From Dictyostelium discoideum (lineage: Eukaryota): a DNA stretch of 64,000 nt. The stretch spans positions 4,576,001 through 4,640,000 of the forward strand of contig CM000153.2 in NCBI GenBank assembly GCA_000004695.1, written 5' to 3'. A model generated the notes under the pieces. That model did no database searches, was not told where the DNA came from, and saw only the letters and a list, made by a program, of their open reading frames with translations. The translations under genes were made by a program, and so were the position numbers. Shown one piece after another: positions 52,807 through 64,000 of the stretch. The first letter of the stretch is position 1, and every line of letters begins with the position of its first letter.

Positions 52807-54066
52807 CTTAATATCATTTACAAATTCACTAATATTTTCTAAAATACTTAAAAGTGAAGAATATTGCTGTGGTTCTAAACATAATCCAATTTCTTCAATG
52901 ATTGATTCAATTTCAATTTTATTTATACTTTGAATTGAACCTGCTGATTGATGTAACTTTAAGCAAAGATTCGCTGATAGTGGATCTAAAAACATATGAT
53001 GAGATAGGGTATTTTTACTAGTTGGTATAGAATCTCTTAATGCTTGACATAAATCTTTAGTTGGTAAATTTTTCATTGGTTCTTGATCATGATTTATGTA
53101 AATTGATAAATCTGATAATTTAGCTAATTTATTTAAAATTGATGACGATGATGATGATGATGTAGTATTGTTGTTGTTGTTGTTGTTGTTGTTATTGCTT
53201 GAAGTTGTTGAAGTTGGCATAGTGTCAATAAAAATTGGGTTCCAAGATTCGTCAGTTGATTGTACAAATAATTTATCTAAACATAATCCAATTGCTATAT
53301 TTCTATTATTTTTACGTTCTTCAATTCTAATATGCACTTTTTCAATAACAACTTGTAAATTATTTATAATTTTCGTTATTAATTTCTCTTTAAATCCATC
53401 TTTTTTCTTTTTACCATTTACTTCAACATTTAGTTCATTTAATGATTCTTCATCGAATTCTATATCGTTTTGACTATCTATATTATTATTATTTTTATTT
53501 TTATCGTTACTATTATTAATGCCATTATTATTGGTTGTAGTATTGGTACTTTTTAAATCACCATTACTATTTTCTTTTTTCGGTTTTTTTTTATCTAATT
53601 TTAAAAATTTTAAAAATTTCTCTGATGATGAGTCATATAATTGTGAAGCAGTTGATGTTGTATTTGATGATGACGATGATGAATCATTATTATTATTATT
53701 ATTATTATTACTACTACTATTGTCATCATCTGAATGATAAGATGAATCATCATCACTACTTGAATAATTTGATGAAACATTTGTTGATGATGATGATGCT
53801 AAAATATAAATATCTTGAAGATGAACTACGACTGATTCTGATTTTAATGATGTCCATGGTACTTTTATTGTTAATTTACCAACTATACCTCTATCAATTG
53901 ATAGAGGTAAATCAAAGGCTTTGAATGCTTCAGGTTTAACTTCTATGTTTTTCAATACTACATTTCCATTTAATACACCAATCTTTAATTGTTTTTTACC
54001 AACTTCTTGTAAAAATGATCCTAAAAATCTATCAATCACTTCTGCTACTACACTTTCAAATACCAT
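52807..54066 (-). CDS. VPS13-family gene exon 1 (chorein-N domain)
   Basis: MVFESVVAEVIDRFLGSFLQEVGKKQLKIGVLNGNVVLKNIEVKPEAFKAFDLPLSIDRGIVGKLTIKVPWTSLKSESVVVHLQDIYIL matches the chorein-N consensus ([42 protein letters not shown]...DALD.LNLPI.V..G.LG.L.L.VPWSSL). The exon ends ...EFVNDIK. A GTAAAT donor is at 52806. A 90-nt intron follows. The junction is in phase 0. Confidence 0.85.
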
Positions 54067-54600
54067 TTTTTTTTTTTACCTTTTTTTACCTTTTTTTTCT
54101 TTTTTTTTTTTTTTTTTTTTTTTTCGTTTTTTCTTTTTTTTTTTAATTTTTAATTTGTAAAAATAAAATAAATAAATAAATAAATAAATAAATAAATTAT
54201 ATTTGCTTAACCTTTTTTTAAAAAAATAAAAAAAAAAAATATATATATTTTTACAATTATTACTATACAAAAATATTATTACAAAATTTATATGTTTTAC
54301 TTTTTTTAAATAAATATTTTATTTTATTTTTATTTTATATCTTATTAAATTAGATAAATATATTCATTCATCTATGAAAATATTGATAGATATAATTATC
54401 CTTTTGACAACACACAACAAACACTGGTTTTAAATTGAAACTTTTTTTATTTTTTTTTTCATTTTTTTTTTTTTTTTTTTTTTTTATTTTTAAAAATTTT
54501 TTTTTTTTTTTTTTTTTTTTTATTAATTGCTGACGCAAAATTACGCAATAAAATTTTTTTCGGGATGTAAAAACATTCTCCAGTATTGAATAATCCGATT

Positions 54601-54634
<34 letters not shown>

Positions 54635-55059
54635 TTTGAATTTAGTTGTTAATTTTTTAAAAAAGGTAAGAGTTTTTTAAGGTTGGGATTAGTAATTAAT
54701 TTGGAAAATTGAATTTTGTAAAGATCTTTTTTTTTTTTTTAATAATAATAATAATAAATCAAAATCCATATTACCCTGGTAATGAAAGAATTAAAAAATT
54801 ATTAGGATCAAGAAATGTTGAACAAATATACAAATAGAAAATATTTTTAAATTTTAAAAAACCTGATTTATTTCTTTATTTTTTGGATATTTACCCACAA
54901 TCGGATTGATCAATTTTCAATATTTTCAAAAAAATAAAAAAAAAATAAAAAATTTAAAAATAGAATAAAAAATATTAAAAACAGATAAAATTTTTTAAAT
55001 TAAATATACATAAATTAATTTTTATTAATTGTTGACACTAAAATTAGTTTTGTTGGATT

Positions 55060-55095
<36 letters not shown>

Positions 55096-55119
55096 TAATA
55101 GATAATACAGATATGGACT

Positions 55120-56211
55120 CTATTCACAATAAATATTTGTATAATATAAAGTTTTAGAAGAAGATGACGATAATAAAAATATAGATGGCTTGACTGTGAT
55201 TGATTCTGATTTAAAATAAGCACCATTTCCACCACTTCTGTAAAATAGATTTCCATTAAAATGACCACGACCACTTGAAACAATACCAGTACCAATACTA
55301 CCAGTATTGCCACTATCACCATCATCACCACTAGTTACACCGGTACTACCACTACCACCAGTACCTGTACCACCAGTATCAATACCACCAGTATTCATAG
55401 AAGAACTACCAGAACTACCACCTTCATCACCACCATCACCACCAGAACTACTATGACCACCAGTTGAAACTACTGAACTACCAATACCTGGATTACCAGT
55501 TGAAACTACAGAACCTGAACTTCCGCCATTAGTTGATGGAAATTCTTCAGATGAACTATTAAAGAATGGTAAAGTTTCTAAACATACTAAACTTTTTGCA
55601 ATTGGTGGAAAACATGAACCGTCACTTCCTGGTGGACAAAATTGGGTGAATGGTAAACCAGTCTTTTCATCACAGAAGAATGTTATTAAATTGGCTCTAC
55701 TTCCATAGGCAATTTGGGTATCGTTCATAATATATTGAGCTAATAATACTTGATCATCATCACAACTTTCACTCATGAATGTTGTGACGTACGAGTTGGA
55801 TTGGAATGATGGTTGATCGGATTTCATGACCAAATAATATAATGGTTGCGATGAAATTGGGTTTAAGTATAAATTGAATGTGAAATCTGCTGGTATGCAA
55901 TCACCGATTTCAGCTTGTTGCGATGGTTGTTCAATTGGTACCAAACAATCAATTGCTCCTTGAACATCATAAAAATTTTTCCAAACTACCATATCTCCTA
56001 TAACTTGAACGATATGACTAGTTGCATTATCCAATGTAAAACATGTATCAATAACAATTGCATATCCAACACCTTCACTACTTACATCACCTGAACATTG
56101 GTCACTACTATATGGTATGAAATTTATATATTCATATCCATTTATAAAATTTATTAATAATAATAATAATAATTTACTAAAAACTATTGATTTAATAAAA
56201 TTTAATTTCAT
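55120..56211 (-). CDS. Predicted secreted Cys-containing protein with a C-terminal Gly/Ser/Thr-rich (mucin-like) region; function unknown
   Basis: N-terminal signal peptide MKLNFIKSIVFSKLLLLLLINFING. About 12 Cys in the first 230 residues. Then a (GGS/GTG)n-type region. The C-terminal end as called may be distorted by an unrecognised intron. Confidence 0.45.
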   Translation of the reverse strand: MKLNFIKSIVFSKLLLLLLINFINGYEYINFIPYSSDQCSGDVSSEGVGYAIVIDTCFTLDNATSHIVQVIGDMVVWKNFYDVQGAIDCLVPIEQPSQQAEIGDCIPADFTFNLYLNPISSQPLYYLVMKSDQPSFQSNSYVTTFMSESCDDDQVLLAQYIMNDTQIAYGSRANLITFFCDEKTGLPFTQFCPPGSDGSCFPPIAKSLVCLETLPFFNSSSEEFPSTNGGSSGSVVSTGNPGIGSSVVSTGGHSSSGGDGGDEGGSSGSSSMNTGGIDTGGTGTGGSGSTGVTSGDDGDSGNTGSIGTGIVSSGRGHFNGNLFYRSGGNGAYFKSESITVKPSIFLLSSSSSKTLYYTNIYCE

Positions 56212-56253
56212 TTAAATAAAGAAATAAAAAATATTTTTAATTATAATTCAATG

Positions 56254-56290
<37 letters not shown>

Positions 56291-56308
56291 CACAATGGTG
56301 TGAAAAAG

Positions 56309-56339
<31 letters not shown>

Positions 56340-56634
56340 AAAAAAAAAATCTCATGAATATGAGTTGTCAATTAAAAAAAAAAAAAACTAAAGATTTTTT
56401 GTGTAACTCAAAAAAATAATTATTTTTTTGATTTTTTATTTTTTTTTTTTTTTTTTTCTACTAAATTATTTTTTTTTTTTATTAAAATGAGTTTAAAAAA
56501 ATCGTTTCAATAAGTTCGGAAATAAAAAATAAAAATTATTTTATTTTTTATTTAATTTTTTATATTTTTTTTTTATTTATTTTTTAATACCCAGAAATGT
56601 AAAAAGCGCGGGATAATTTTTTTTATAAAACCCC

Positions 56635-56665
<31 letters not shown>

Positions 56666-56776
56666 TTATGTTTTTAATTTATAAAATTTGAAGATTATTA
56701 CTTTTTTTTTTTTATGACAATTTAATTTATCTATTCATTAATCATATAAGAATAAATAAATAAATTAAATAAAAAA

Positions 56777-58262
56777 ATGGATTTTACAATACCAATGACT
56801 AAAGAAGATAATACACCAACATCTGATTCTTCTTTATTAATTTCAAATCCTTCAAATAAAAATAATAATGATGATAATAATCACGAAACCAATGATCATC
56901 AACAGTACCATCACCACCATCATCACCATAATAATAATAATAATAAAAAGAAACCACCATTAGAAGAACCACTATCATCGACTAGGATTGAATCAACTAT
57001 TGAATATCCTCCATCAACTATTTTTGATAATAATAGTAATTTAAATAGTAATATAATTAATAGCGCATTTAGTAGTAGTACAGCATCAACTGTTAGTGGC
57101 GGTAAAAGTGACCTATCAGGTACAATCGATTCAACATTAGATATTACTACTAATAATAATAATAATAAAAGTATTAATAATGAAGAAGATGATGATGAAT
57201 CCACATTACCAGAGCAACAACAACAACCACCACCACAACAAAAAAAAGATTCACCAACTAAACAACAACAACATCATTTGGATGACGCTAACAATGTTCT
57301 TACATTGATTCCAAATTTAATAACACCAAAGAAAATTGTAAAAAATATTTCAAATAAATTAATTGAACCAAATTTATCAGATGAAGAAAATGATAGTGAA
57401 AATGAAATTGAAAACAAAGAAAAAGATCAAACAAATGGTGATAACGATAATGATAAAACACTTGATGACATTCAAGTTGAAGTACCAGAGGATTTGCTAA
57501 AAGAAAAACAACAACATCCCCTCCAAAAAGAAACAATAAAAAAAGATCAAACAAATGTTGATAATGACAATGATAAAACACTTGATGACATTAAAGTTGA
57601 AGAAACTGAGGATTTGCTAAAAGAAAAACAACAACAACAACAACAACACGCCCACCAAAAAGAAACAATAAAGAAAGATCAAAAAGATAATAATAAAGAA
57701 GAAGAAGAAAAAGAAGAGGAATTTATAATACAAAAGAAATCTGCTAGTGGCAATTCGAATTTCTATTCATATCATGAGTTAAACAATAGTAAAAGAAAAC
57801 AACCTGATAATACTAATAATGAAATTATTGAAAATAATGAAAATGATTCAGTAATAGATTCTGATTTTATTCAATCAAAGAAAATAAAACTCTCAACAAC
57901 TGATTCAACCGCCGCCACCAACACCAATACCACCACCACTACCACTACCACCACTACAACCGCAACAAAAATACCAAAAATACCAAAACAAACTAAAAAG
58001 ACTGGTGCAGGATCAACTAAGAAAATGTTAGGAGGCACTAAAAAAATTGAAGAGGAAATTAAAGGTCCATTGGATTTAGCTCAAAGACAATCACAAGATG
58101 AAAATGAAAATATTTTACCACCAAAACCAACAAATCGTAAAATATTAATAAATAATAACAACGATAATGTAGACGATAATCAAACTGAAAAATCAACGAA
58201 AAAATTAAAAAAATTAATTGAACCAGAATTCAATGATAGCGAAAATGAAACAACAAATAATA

Positions 58263-58313
<51 letters not shown>

Positions 58314-59500
58314 GTGATAATGATAATAATGATAATAATATTGATAGCGATGAAAGTAGTGAAATAGAAAATGAAAATGTTAAAAAGATTCAAAAAAAAA
58401 AATTAAAAGATAGAAAAAAAGAAAAAGTTATTCAACAAGCACCTGAAGAAATTATTGAACCAGATCATAATACAAGTGTTGAAATTGAATATATAAGCGC
58501 AAATGAAGATGATGGAAAAAAGACAAAACCAAAGAAATCAAAAACAACAAAATCAAAAACAAAAAAATCAAAAACAATCAAACCAAAAATTATTGAAAAT
58601 CAAGATGATGATGATGATGATGATGATGAATCTACAGATTTAGAACAAGATGATTCAAAACATGTAAATAAAAATGATAGTGATTATGAAGAAGAAGAGG
58701 AGGAAGAAAAAGTTAAAATTAAAAAAAATAAAAATAAAAATGATAGTGATTATGAAGAAGAAGAGCGAGAAGAAGAAGAAGAAGAAGAAGAAAAAGTTAA
58801 AATTAAAAAAAATCAAAAATCAAAAACCAAGAAAAATAAATTAAAAAAGAGTGAATTATTTAAAGGTTTCAATTTTATAGTTACAGGTATTCAAGAATCT
58901 GATGAAATTAGTGAAATGATAAGTAATGGTGGTGGTAAAATTCATTCATTGGCACAATTCTTTTCATTGGGTGGTAGTGCAAAATTGAAAAGATTTTGTA
59001 TTGCTGGTGATAGTCCAACTACAACTATCAAGTATATTAGATCAGTTATTGAGGGTGTACCATGTTTGAATTATGAATGGATAGTTGATTCAATTAAACA
59101 GGCGGAAATATTGGAGACCGATGATTACCTATTACCAATTGGCTACTCTGTATTAAGTAATAAGCCAATTGAATTTAACCAACAATTCAATTGTTGTGGA
59201 ATTTTCAATGATTTTCGTATTGAACTATTCACAACCAATAAAAAATCAACATTCAAAGACGATTGGTCTGTAATCTTAAAGAAATGTGGTGCTATCATAG
59301 TTCAACGTATGTTAAGTACAAGTTGTGGTAAAATTGATGCAATCTTAATCGAAGGTACTATGGGCTCTTATTTACTTCAACAAGTTTCCACAAATTTAAA
59401 TATTCCAATTTTATCAATCTTTTGGGTAATTCAATCAATACTTCATCAAAGAAAATTACCATTTGATGCTCATCCATCATTTTTAGTTAATTCAAATTAA
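56777..59500 (+). CDS. Tandem-BRCT-domain protein with an acidic, repeat-rich N-terminal region (53BP1/MDC1/PAXIP-like architecture)
   Basis: The C-terminal 210 residues form two BRCT-like modules: LFKGFNFIVTGIQESDEISEMISNGGGKIHS...FCIAGDSPTTTIKYIRSVIEGVPCLNYEWIVDSIK, and FNDFRIELFTTNKKSTFKDDWSVILKKCGAIIV...ILSIFWVIQSIL. The N-terminal part has internal tandem duplications (57420-57680 and 58670-58810). It also has poly-His, poly-Asn and poly-Asp runs. Confidence 0.6.
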
Positions 59501-59712
59501 TAATTTTAAAAAGAAATAAATAAAAAAAAAAAAAAAAGTATAAATAATTAATAATTAATAATTATTATTATTATTGTTATTTCTTTCTTTTTTTTTTTTT
59601 AAAACATTTTTATTTTTTTATTTTTTTTTGTTATACTTTTATTTTTTACTTTTTTTTTTTTTTTTTTTTATTATTATTAAATATTATTTGATTTTTTATT
59701 TTTTTTATTTAT

Positions 59713-60207
59713 TTATTTATCAACAACATCTCTTGTACCTAAAGCACTAAGGAAACCGATAGTAGCACCAACAACACCACCTAATGAACTTCTAACGATA
59801 CCTTTTGGTGCACTATAGAGTAAACCAACAGTAAAACCAGCAATGGTTGAACAAATGGTACCCTCTTCATGAATATCGTATGCACTGTATATTAAACGTT
59901 TAATCATACCAAATGTGAAAACAGTACTGGCTGTTGTATTGGCACCTCTTGATGTGATTGGGCCAGCAGTTGAAAGAATTGTATTGATTTTAGCTTTGAA
60001 ATTTTGTTTAGGTTTAACTTTTAATATACCTTGAAAAATACCAGCTATACCTGCTGAAAGACCTGCTCCTAAATATGAAACACCTGTAAATAATAACATA
60101 TTACTCTCTCTTTCATATTCATTTAATGTTGTAAATTCAACTCCTCTTGGTCTTTCTGCTGTAAATTGTCCATCTTCACTAATTGTTAAATCTTCTCTAT
60201 GTGACAT
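59713..60207 (-). CDS. tim23: Mitochondrial import inner-membrane translocase subunit Tim23 (Tim17/Tim22/Tim23 family)
   Basis: RPRGVEFTTLNEYE...LLFTGVSYLGAGLSAGIAGIFQG...ASTVFTFGMIKRLIYSAYDIHEEGTICSTIAGFTVGLLYSAPKG aligns to human TIMM23 (KTRGRFELAFFTIGGCCMTGAAFGAMNG...AEDDLNTVAAGTMTGMLYKCTGG). It has the GxxxG-rich TM helices and a short hydrophilic N-terminus. Confidence 0.75.
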   Translation of the reverse strand: MSHREDLTISEDGQFTAERPRGVEFTTLNEYERESNMLLFTGVSYLGAGLSAGIAGIFQGILKVKPKQNFKAKINTILSTAGPITSRGANTTASTVFTFGMIKRLIYSAYDIHEEGTICSTIAGFTVGLLYSAPKGIVRSSLGGVVGATIGFLSALGTRDVVDK

Positions 60208-61482
60208 TTTTCTATATATTCTATATTCTATATTTGTATATGTTTATGTTTTTATATGTTTGTATGTTTGTATGTGTATTGATATTTATTTTTTAATTTG
60301 AATTAATTCGATTTTTCTTTTTTTTTTTTTTTTTTTCAAATCTGGTGTTGATAAATAAATATGTATTTTTGGAGAAATTTTTTATAAAAATTTATAAATT
60401 TTATTTTATTTTATATAGTATATAGTATATAGTATAGTTTATTATAGTTATTATTTAATTAAAAATAATATTTAATTTAGGAAAATGAATTAATCAAGTA
60501 TAGTTGATGAATGTAACCAATTATATTGAAATGAAAAAAAAAAAAAAAATATTTTTAAAATTTTATTTTTTTTTTTTTTTTTTTTTTCGTTTTTTTTGAT
60601 AATGACCAAAATATTCGCATTCATATTTTATTTTTTTTTTAATTTTATTTTTTATTTTTATTTTTTTCATTTTTCTTTGATATTCAGAATGTTGGAGGGA
60701 ATCTTATTTTAATATTAATATATATTTTTTTCATATTGTTTATTATTTTTTCCTTTTTTTTTATATTTTTTATTTTTATTTTTATTTCCAATTTTTTTTG
60801 ACCAGTTTTTGTTTTTTGAGTGGTTTGATTTGTTTTGATTGGTTTTGGTTGGTTTTGATTGGTTTTGATTGGTTTTTTTTTTTTTTTTTTTATTAATATT
60901 GATAAATCAGTGTTTATCCATTAAAGGAAACTTTAAGATAAGAATTGGTTATAATTTAAATTTAAATTATCAAATAATTAATTTTAAAATAAAGTGTTAT
61001 TATTATTTTATTTTAAAACTAAATAAATCAAACAAATAAATCAAATAATAAAGTTGTAACTGAATAGATGAATTGGTGAGATGAATTTTATTACGTCGAG
61101 TTGGCCGGTGTAAAGATACTAGTTGTAGTAGTTCCTATTCGAATGTCTGCAATTATTGCTCTTCCTTCTATGAATATTGGTGTGAGATTTGTTGTGATTT
61201 AGGATACCTATTCCGTTTCCTCTATTTTTCACGCTAAACATGTACTCGTATTTCCCAATCCTTGATAGGTCCGTTGACTTTGTTTATCACGATTAGGTGT
61301 AATTGCAATCGAATTTATTATTGATTTGCAAGGATCTCATTATGGGAATCTTTTTTAAATTTTTTTTTTTTTTTTTTTTTAATATTGGATTAACAAGATT
61401 GATATATGTCCATCTGTGTTAATACGAGTTTTATTTAATATTTATTTAAAGGCTTATCATTTAAGCTGAAGGGTTATTTTAA

Positions 61483-63599
61483 TCATATGAATTGATCAAA
61501 AGATATAATATTTGGGAGAGATGATTCTGGAATACAATAGTAATTAGCTGTTGTTTTTCTTAGCTTGATCGTTGAAGTGAGAAGGATCTTAGGATCTTTG
61601 AAGTTATTATGGTCTTTTGCTGATAAGTTTTTCAGATCTTTTGCTTTTTTGATGTATTCTAGAGTGGCCAATTTGTGCCATTTCTTTAGAAGGGAGCTGT
61701 ATGATAGTGATTCATCTGTTAAAGGATCTTCACTGTATATTTGATTGCAAATCCAAATCCAAATGTTGTGGAGGATAAGGGCCATTAGGTTTCTATATGC
61801 GAATGATCTGGTTAGATCATAGTCTATTGCTTTATAGTTCCATTCAAAGTATTCTTTGTGGAATCTGTGGTTGGCGTAATCTGCATTCACTTCTTGATCT
61901 TTTTTGGCTGTCGGTGATAATTTTGGAGTTATTCTATTAATGAAATTGTTATTTTGCCTAATTCTTGTATGGTGCCAGTTTTTACCTTTGCCTGTGGTAA
62001 TATAGATGAAATTTTTGAGTTTATTTATTTTTATGAATTGTTTTGTTTTCTTGCATGAGAAGAACAGGTGACCGTATGGGTCTTTGCTCATATCTTCTTT
62101 GCAGAGTGGGCATTGTTTGTTGTGAAGGTAGTTTATTGGAAGGCATCTGGCATGGAATCTAAACATTGTGTCTCTTGTTTTAGGGTCTTTTATCTTCAGT
62201 ATGTTGTTGAAGAGTTGATTATAGCTGTAGCCTCTTAAGTTTAGAGATGATTGGAATTCCGTTTTAGGGATGGTTGGATTTTGGTCTTGAATTGTGGTAT
62301 ACCATTCTGCCAGTGAAAGTGGTTGTCCATTTTCGTTTTTTATGGATGTGAGATTATTGTTGAAGATTGCTTTTTTTATTCTTATTTTGTTCCATTCATC
62401 TAAGTTTTCTTTTAGGTATCTGGATGTGAATTTGTTTTTTTGGATCTGATATTCCCAGCTTTTGTGATGAGATGAGTTTGTTTGTTTGGTTTCTAGTGCT
62501 AGGATGAACTGGTTTATGATCCAAAGTTTCTGCGCCAGTTGTCTCAATTCTATATTCCAAATGTTCCAGCCCCCTACTTTTAGTGGGTATCTTGCTCTTT
62601 TGGTTCTCATTAAATTAATAACTTGAAATCCACTAGCATTTTTGTTGTTTGGTGCCGATAAAAACCATTCGACTAATTTATTGATTTGGTTTAATTCCTC
62701 TTCCTTAAAGTTCTCTACATATGAATAGTAGGTTAATTTAGAGAGTGCGAATGCTTTGAGGATGTTGGTTTTGGTTTTGATTGTTGAGTCAGTGGTTTTC
62801 CATAGTACTAAGGATGATCTTATTGTGTTTAATATTTCTGGTATTTTTCTTGTTATCCCTTTGCCTGTGAAGAAGTATCCCAAGTATCTTTCTGGATTTG
62901 TAGATATTGGTATTCTTTGGTTGGTATTGTCTGGGTTGCCTATAAGAATTGATGAAGATTTGTCGATGTTTAGTTTTGAGGAAGTGGCTTTGCAAAATGA
63001 ATTGAAGTGTTGTAGTACTAATTCAAGTTGTTGAGAGTCTGGGACCATTGAAGCCGAGTCGTCTGCAAAGCTTTGGAATTTCTCTCTGTGGTCGCTGTTG
63101 TTTAGAGGAAGGCCAGTAATTCGGTCATCTTGTAAAATTTTTCTAGCTAAAGCCTCTATTACAAGGACGAACAGGGTGGGTGATAGTGGATCTCCTTGTT
63201 TGACTCCTCTTTTGATCTCAAAGGGTATAGTAGTTCTACCATTAATTTCAATTCTTGCTTCAGATTTGGTGAGTAGATTCATTATCAGGTTGATTATATT
63301 GGTTGGAATGTTGATGTGTTGTAGTGATCTGAGTATTGAACCGTGTGAAATCGAGTCAAAAGCTTTTTCGAAATCATATAGTGTAATTATTCCGTTAATT
63401 CTTTTATCATTACAATAGTTGATTAATTCGTTCATTGATATGATATTATCTATAATGAATCTGCCTGGTACGAAACCTTTTTGATTGTGGTTGATCACTT
63501 TCGTTAGTATTGGGATTATTCTATTGTTTATTAGTTTTGAGTGGATTTTATATATACAGTTAGCCAGTGTAATTGGTCTTCTGTTTTTGATTAGTTCGG
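61483..63599 (-). CDS. Retrotransposon ORF2 (reverse-transcriptase domain and C-terminal region); the real sequence ends at the N gap
   Basis: RT boxes as above. The C-terminal Cys/His-rich segment is CPLCKEDMSKDPYGHLFFSCKK. The X-containing ORF in the six-frame track spans the gap artificially. Confidence 0.7.
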
Positions 63600-63699
63600 N
63601 NNNNNNNNNNNNNNNNNNNNNNNNNNNNNNNNNNNNNNNNNNNNNNNNNNNNNNNNNNNNNNNNNNNNNNNNNNNNNNNNNNNNNNNNNNNNNNNNNNN
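63600..63699. other. Assembly gap (100 N). The sequence after it (63701-64000) is an exact copy of 62400-62699.
   Basis: Direct string comparison: CTAAGTTTTCTTTTAGGTATCTGGATGTGAATTTG...GGTTTAATTCCT occurs at both places. Confidence 0.9.
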
Positions 63700-64000
63700 T
63701 CTAAGTTTTCTTTTAGGTATCTGGATGTGAATTTGTTTTTTTGGATCTGATATTCCCAGCTTTTGTGATGAGATGAGTTTGTTTGTTTGGTTTCTAGTGC
63801 TAGGATGAACTGGTTTATGATCCAAAGTTTCTGCGCCAGTTGTCTCAATTCTATATTCCAAATGTTCCAGCCCCCTACTTTTAGTGGGTATCTTGCTCTT
63901 TTGGTTCTCATTAAATTAATAACTTGAAATCCACTAGCATTTTTGTTGTTTGGTGCCGATAAAAACCATTCGACTAATTTATTGATTTGGTTTAATTCCT

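Larger units (their letters stand above)
60865..64000 (-). mobile_element. Third non-LTR retrotransposon (TRE-type), 3' portion. It has the ORF2 RT domain, a 3' UTR with a GC-richer module (about 61070-61350) and an oligo(A) (plus-strand T-run 60865-60891). The 5' part runs off the window and through a 100-N gap.
   Basis: The minus-strand ORF carries reverse-transcriptase motifs (ITLYDFEKAFDSISHG, then GVKQGDPLSPTLFVLVIE, then QSFADDSASM = F/YxDD box). The relatively GC-rich 3' block is unlike the surrounding DNA. The exact 3' end is uncertain (60865 to about 61080). Confidence 0.65.

Noticed and set aside
40555-53737. Numerous 60-120-aa ORFs on the plus strand inside the VPS13 locus (for example 40555-40857, 41826-42167, 46739-47026, 51321-51524)
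   Set aside because: They are antisense to a continuous gene of more than 4,000 codons with clear VPS13 homology. They have no features of real genes.
55065-55331. 88-aa ORF overlapping the 5' region of the secreted Gly/Ser-rich protein gene
   Set aside because: It is an alternate frame of the same strand within a better-supported 363-codon ORF, with a poly-Phe tail from a T-run.

Overview
This window looks like a nuclear chromosome segment from a social amoeba (Dictyostelium-type genome), not a prokaryotic island. The base composition is extremely AT-rich (roughly 75-80% A+T). Between genes there are long homopolymer runs. Coding regions carry poly-Asn/poly-Gln microsatellites. Introns are short and AT-rich, with GTAAGT/GTATGT donors and TTTTAG-type acceptors. 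I found no operons, CRISPR arrays or prokaryotic defence-type systems.

I can support about 20 protein genes by homology recognised by eye. In order: an ER-type E2 (UBE2J/Ubc6-like), a RABL3-like GTPase, a B-box/coiled-coil/Kelch protein, and a class-II lysyl-tRNA synthetase with one intron. Then Dol-P-Man synthase DPM1, an RNA polymerase III RPC9/CGRP-RCP homologue, the Paf1-complex subunit RTF1, and ribosomal protein P0. Then ACMSD (amidohydrolase-2), a class-I SAM methyltransferase that is frameshifted as assembled, an SDR oxidoreductase, a leishmanolysin/GP63-like M8 metalloprotease, and gamma-glutamyl hydrolase. Then a large PH-like/low-complexity protein, a giant VPS13-family gene (about 4,590 codons, one 90-bp intron), a secreted Gly/Ser-rich protein, a tandem-BRCT protein and Tim23.

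The most structured accessory content is a tRNA-Phe(GAA) gene flanked on both sides by non-LTR (LINE-like) retrotransposons. A TRE5-type element lies about 35-45 bp upstream of the tRNA on the opposite strand, with tandem ~199-bp 5' modules. A TRE3-type element starts 90 bp downstream, with an oligo(A) tail and a perfect 18-bp target-site duplication. A third related element lies at the window's 3' end.

Two 100-N assembly gaps sit inside retroelements, and the last 300 bp of the window exactly repeat 62400-62699. I found nothing that needs a new biological system to explain it. The findings below are the items worth re-checking.
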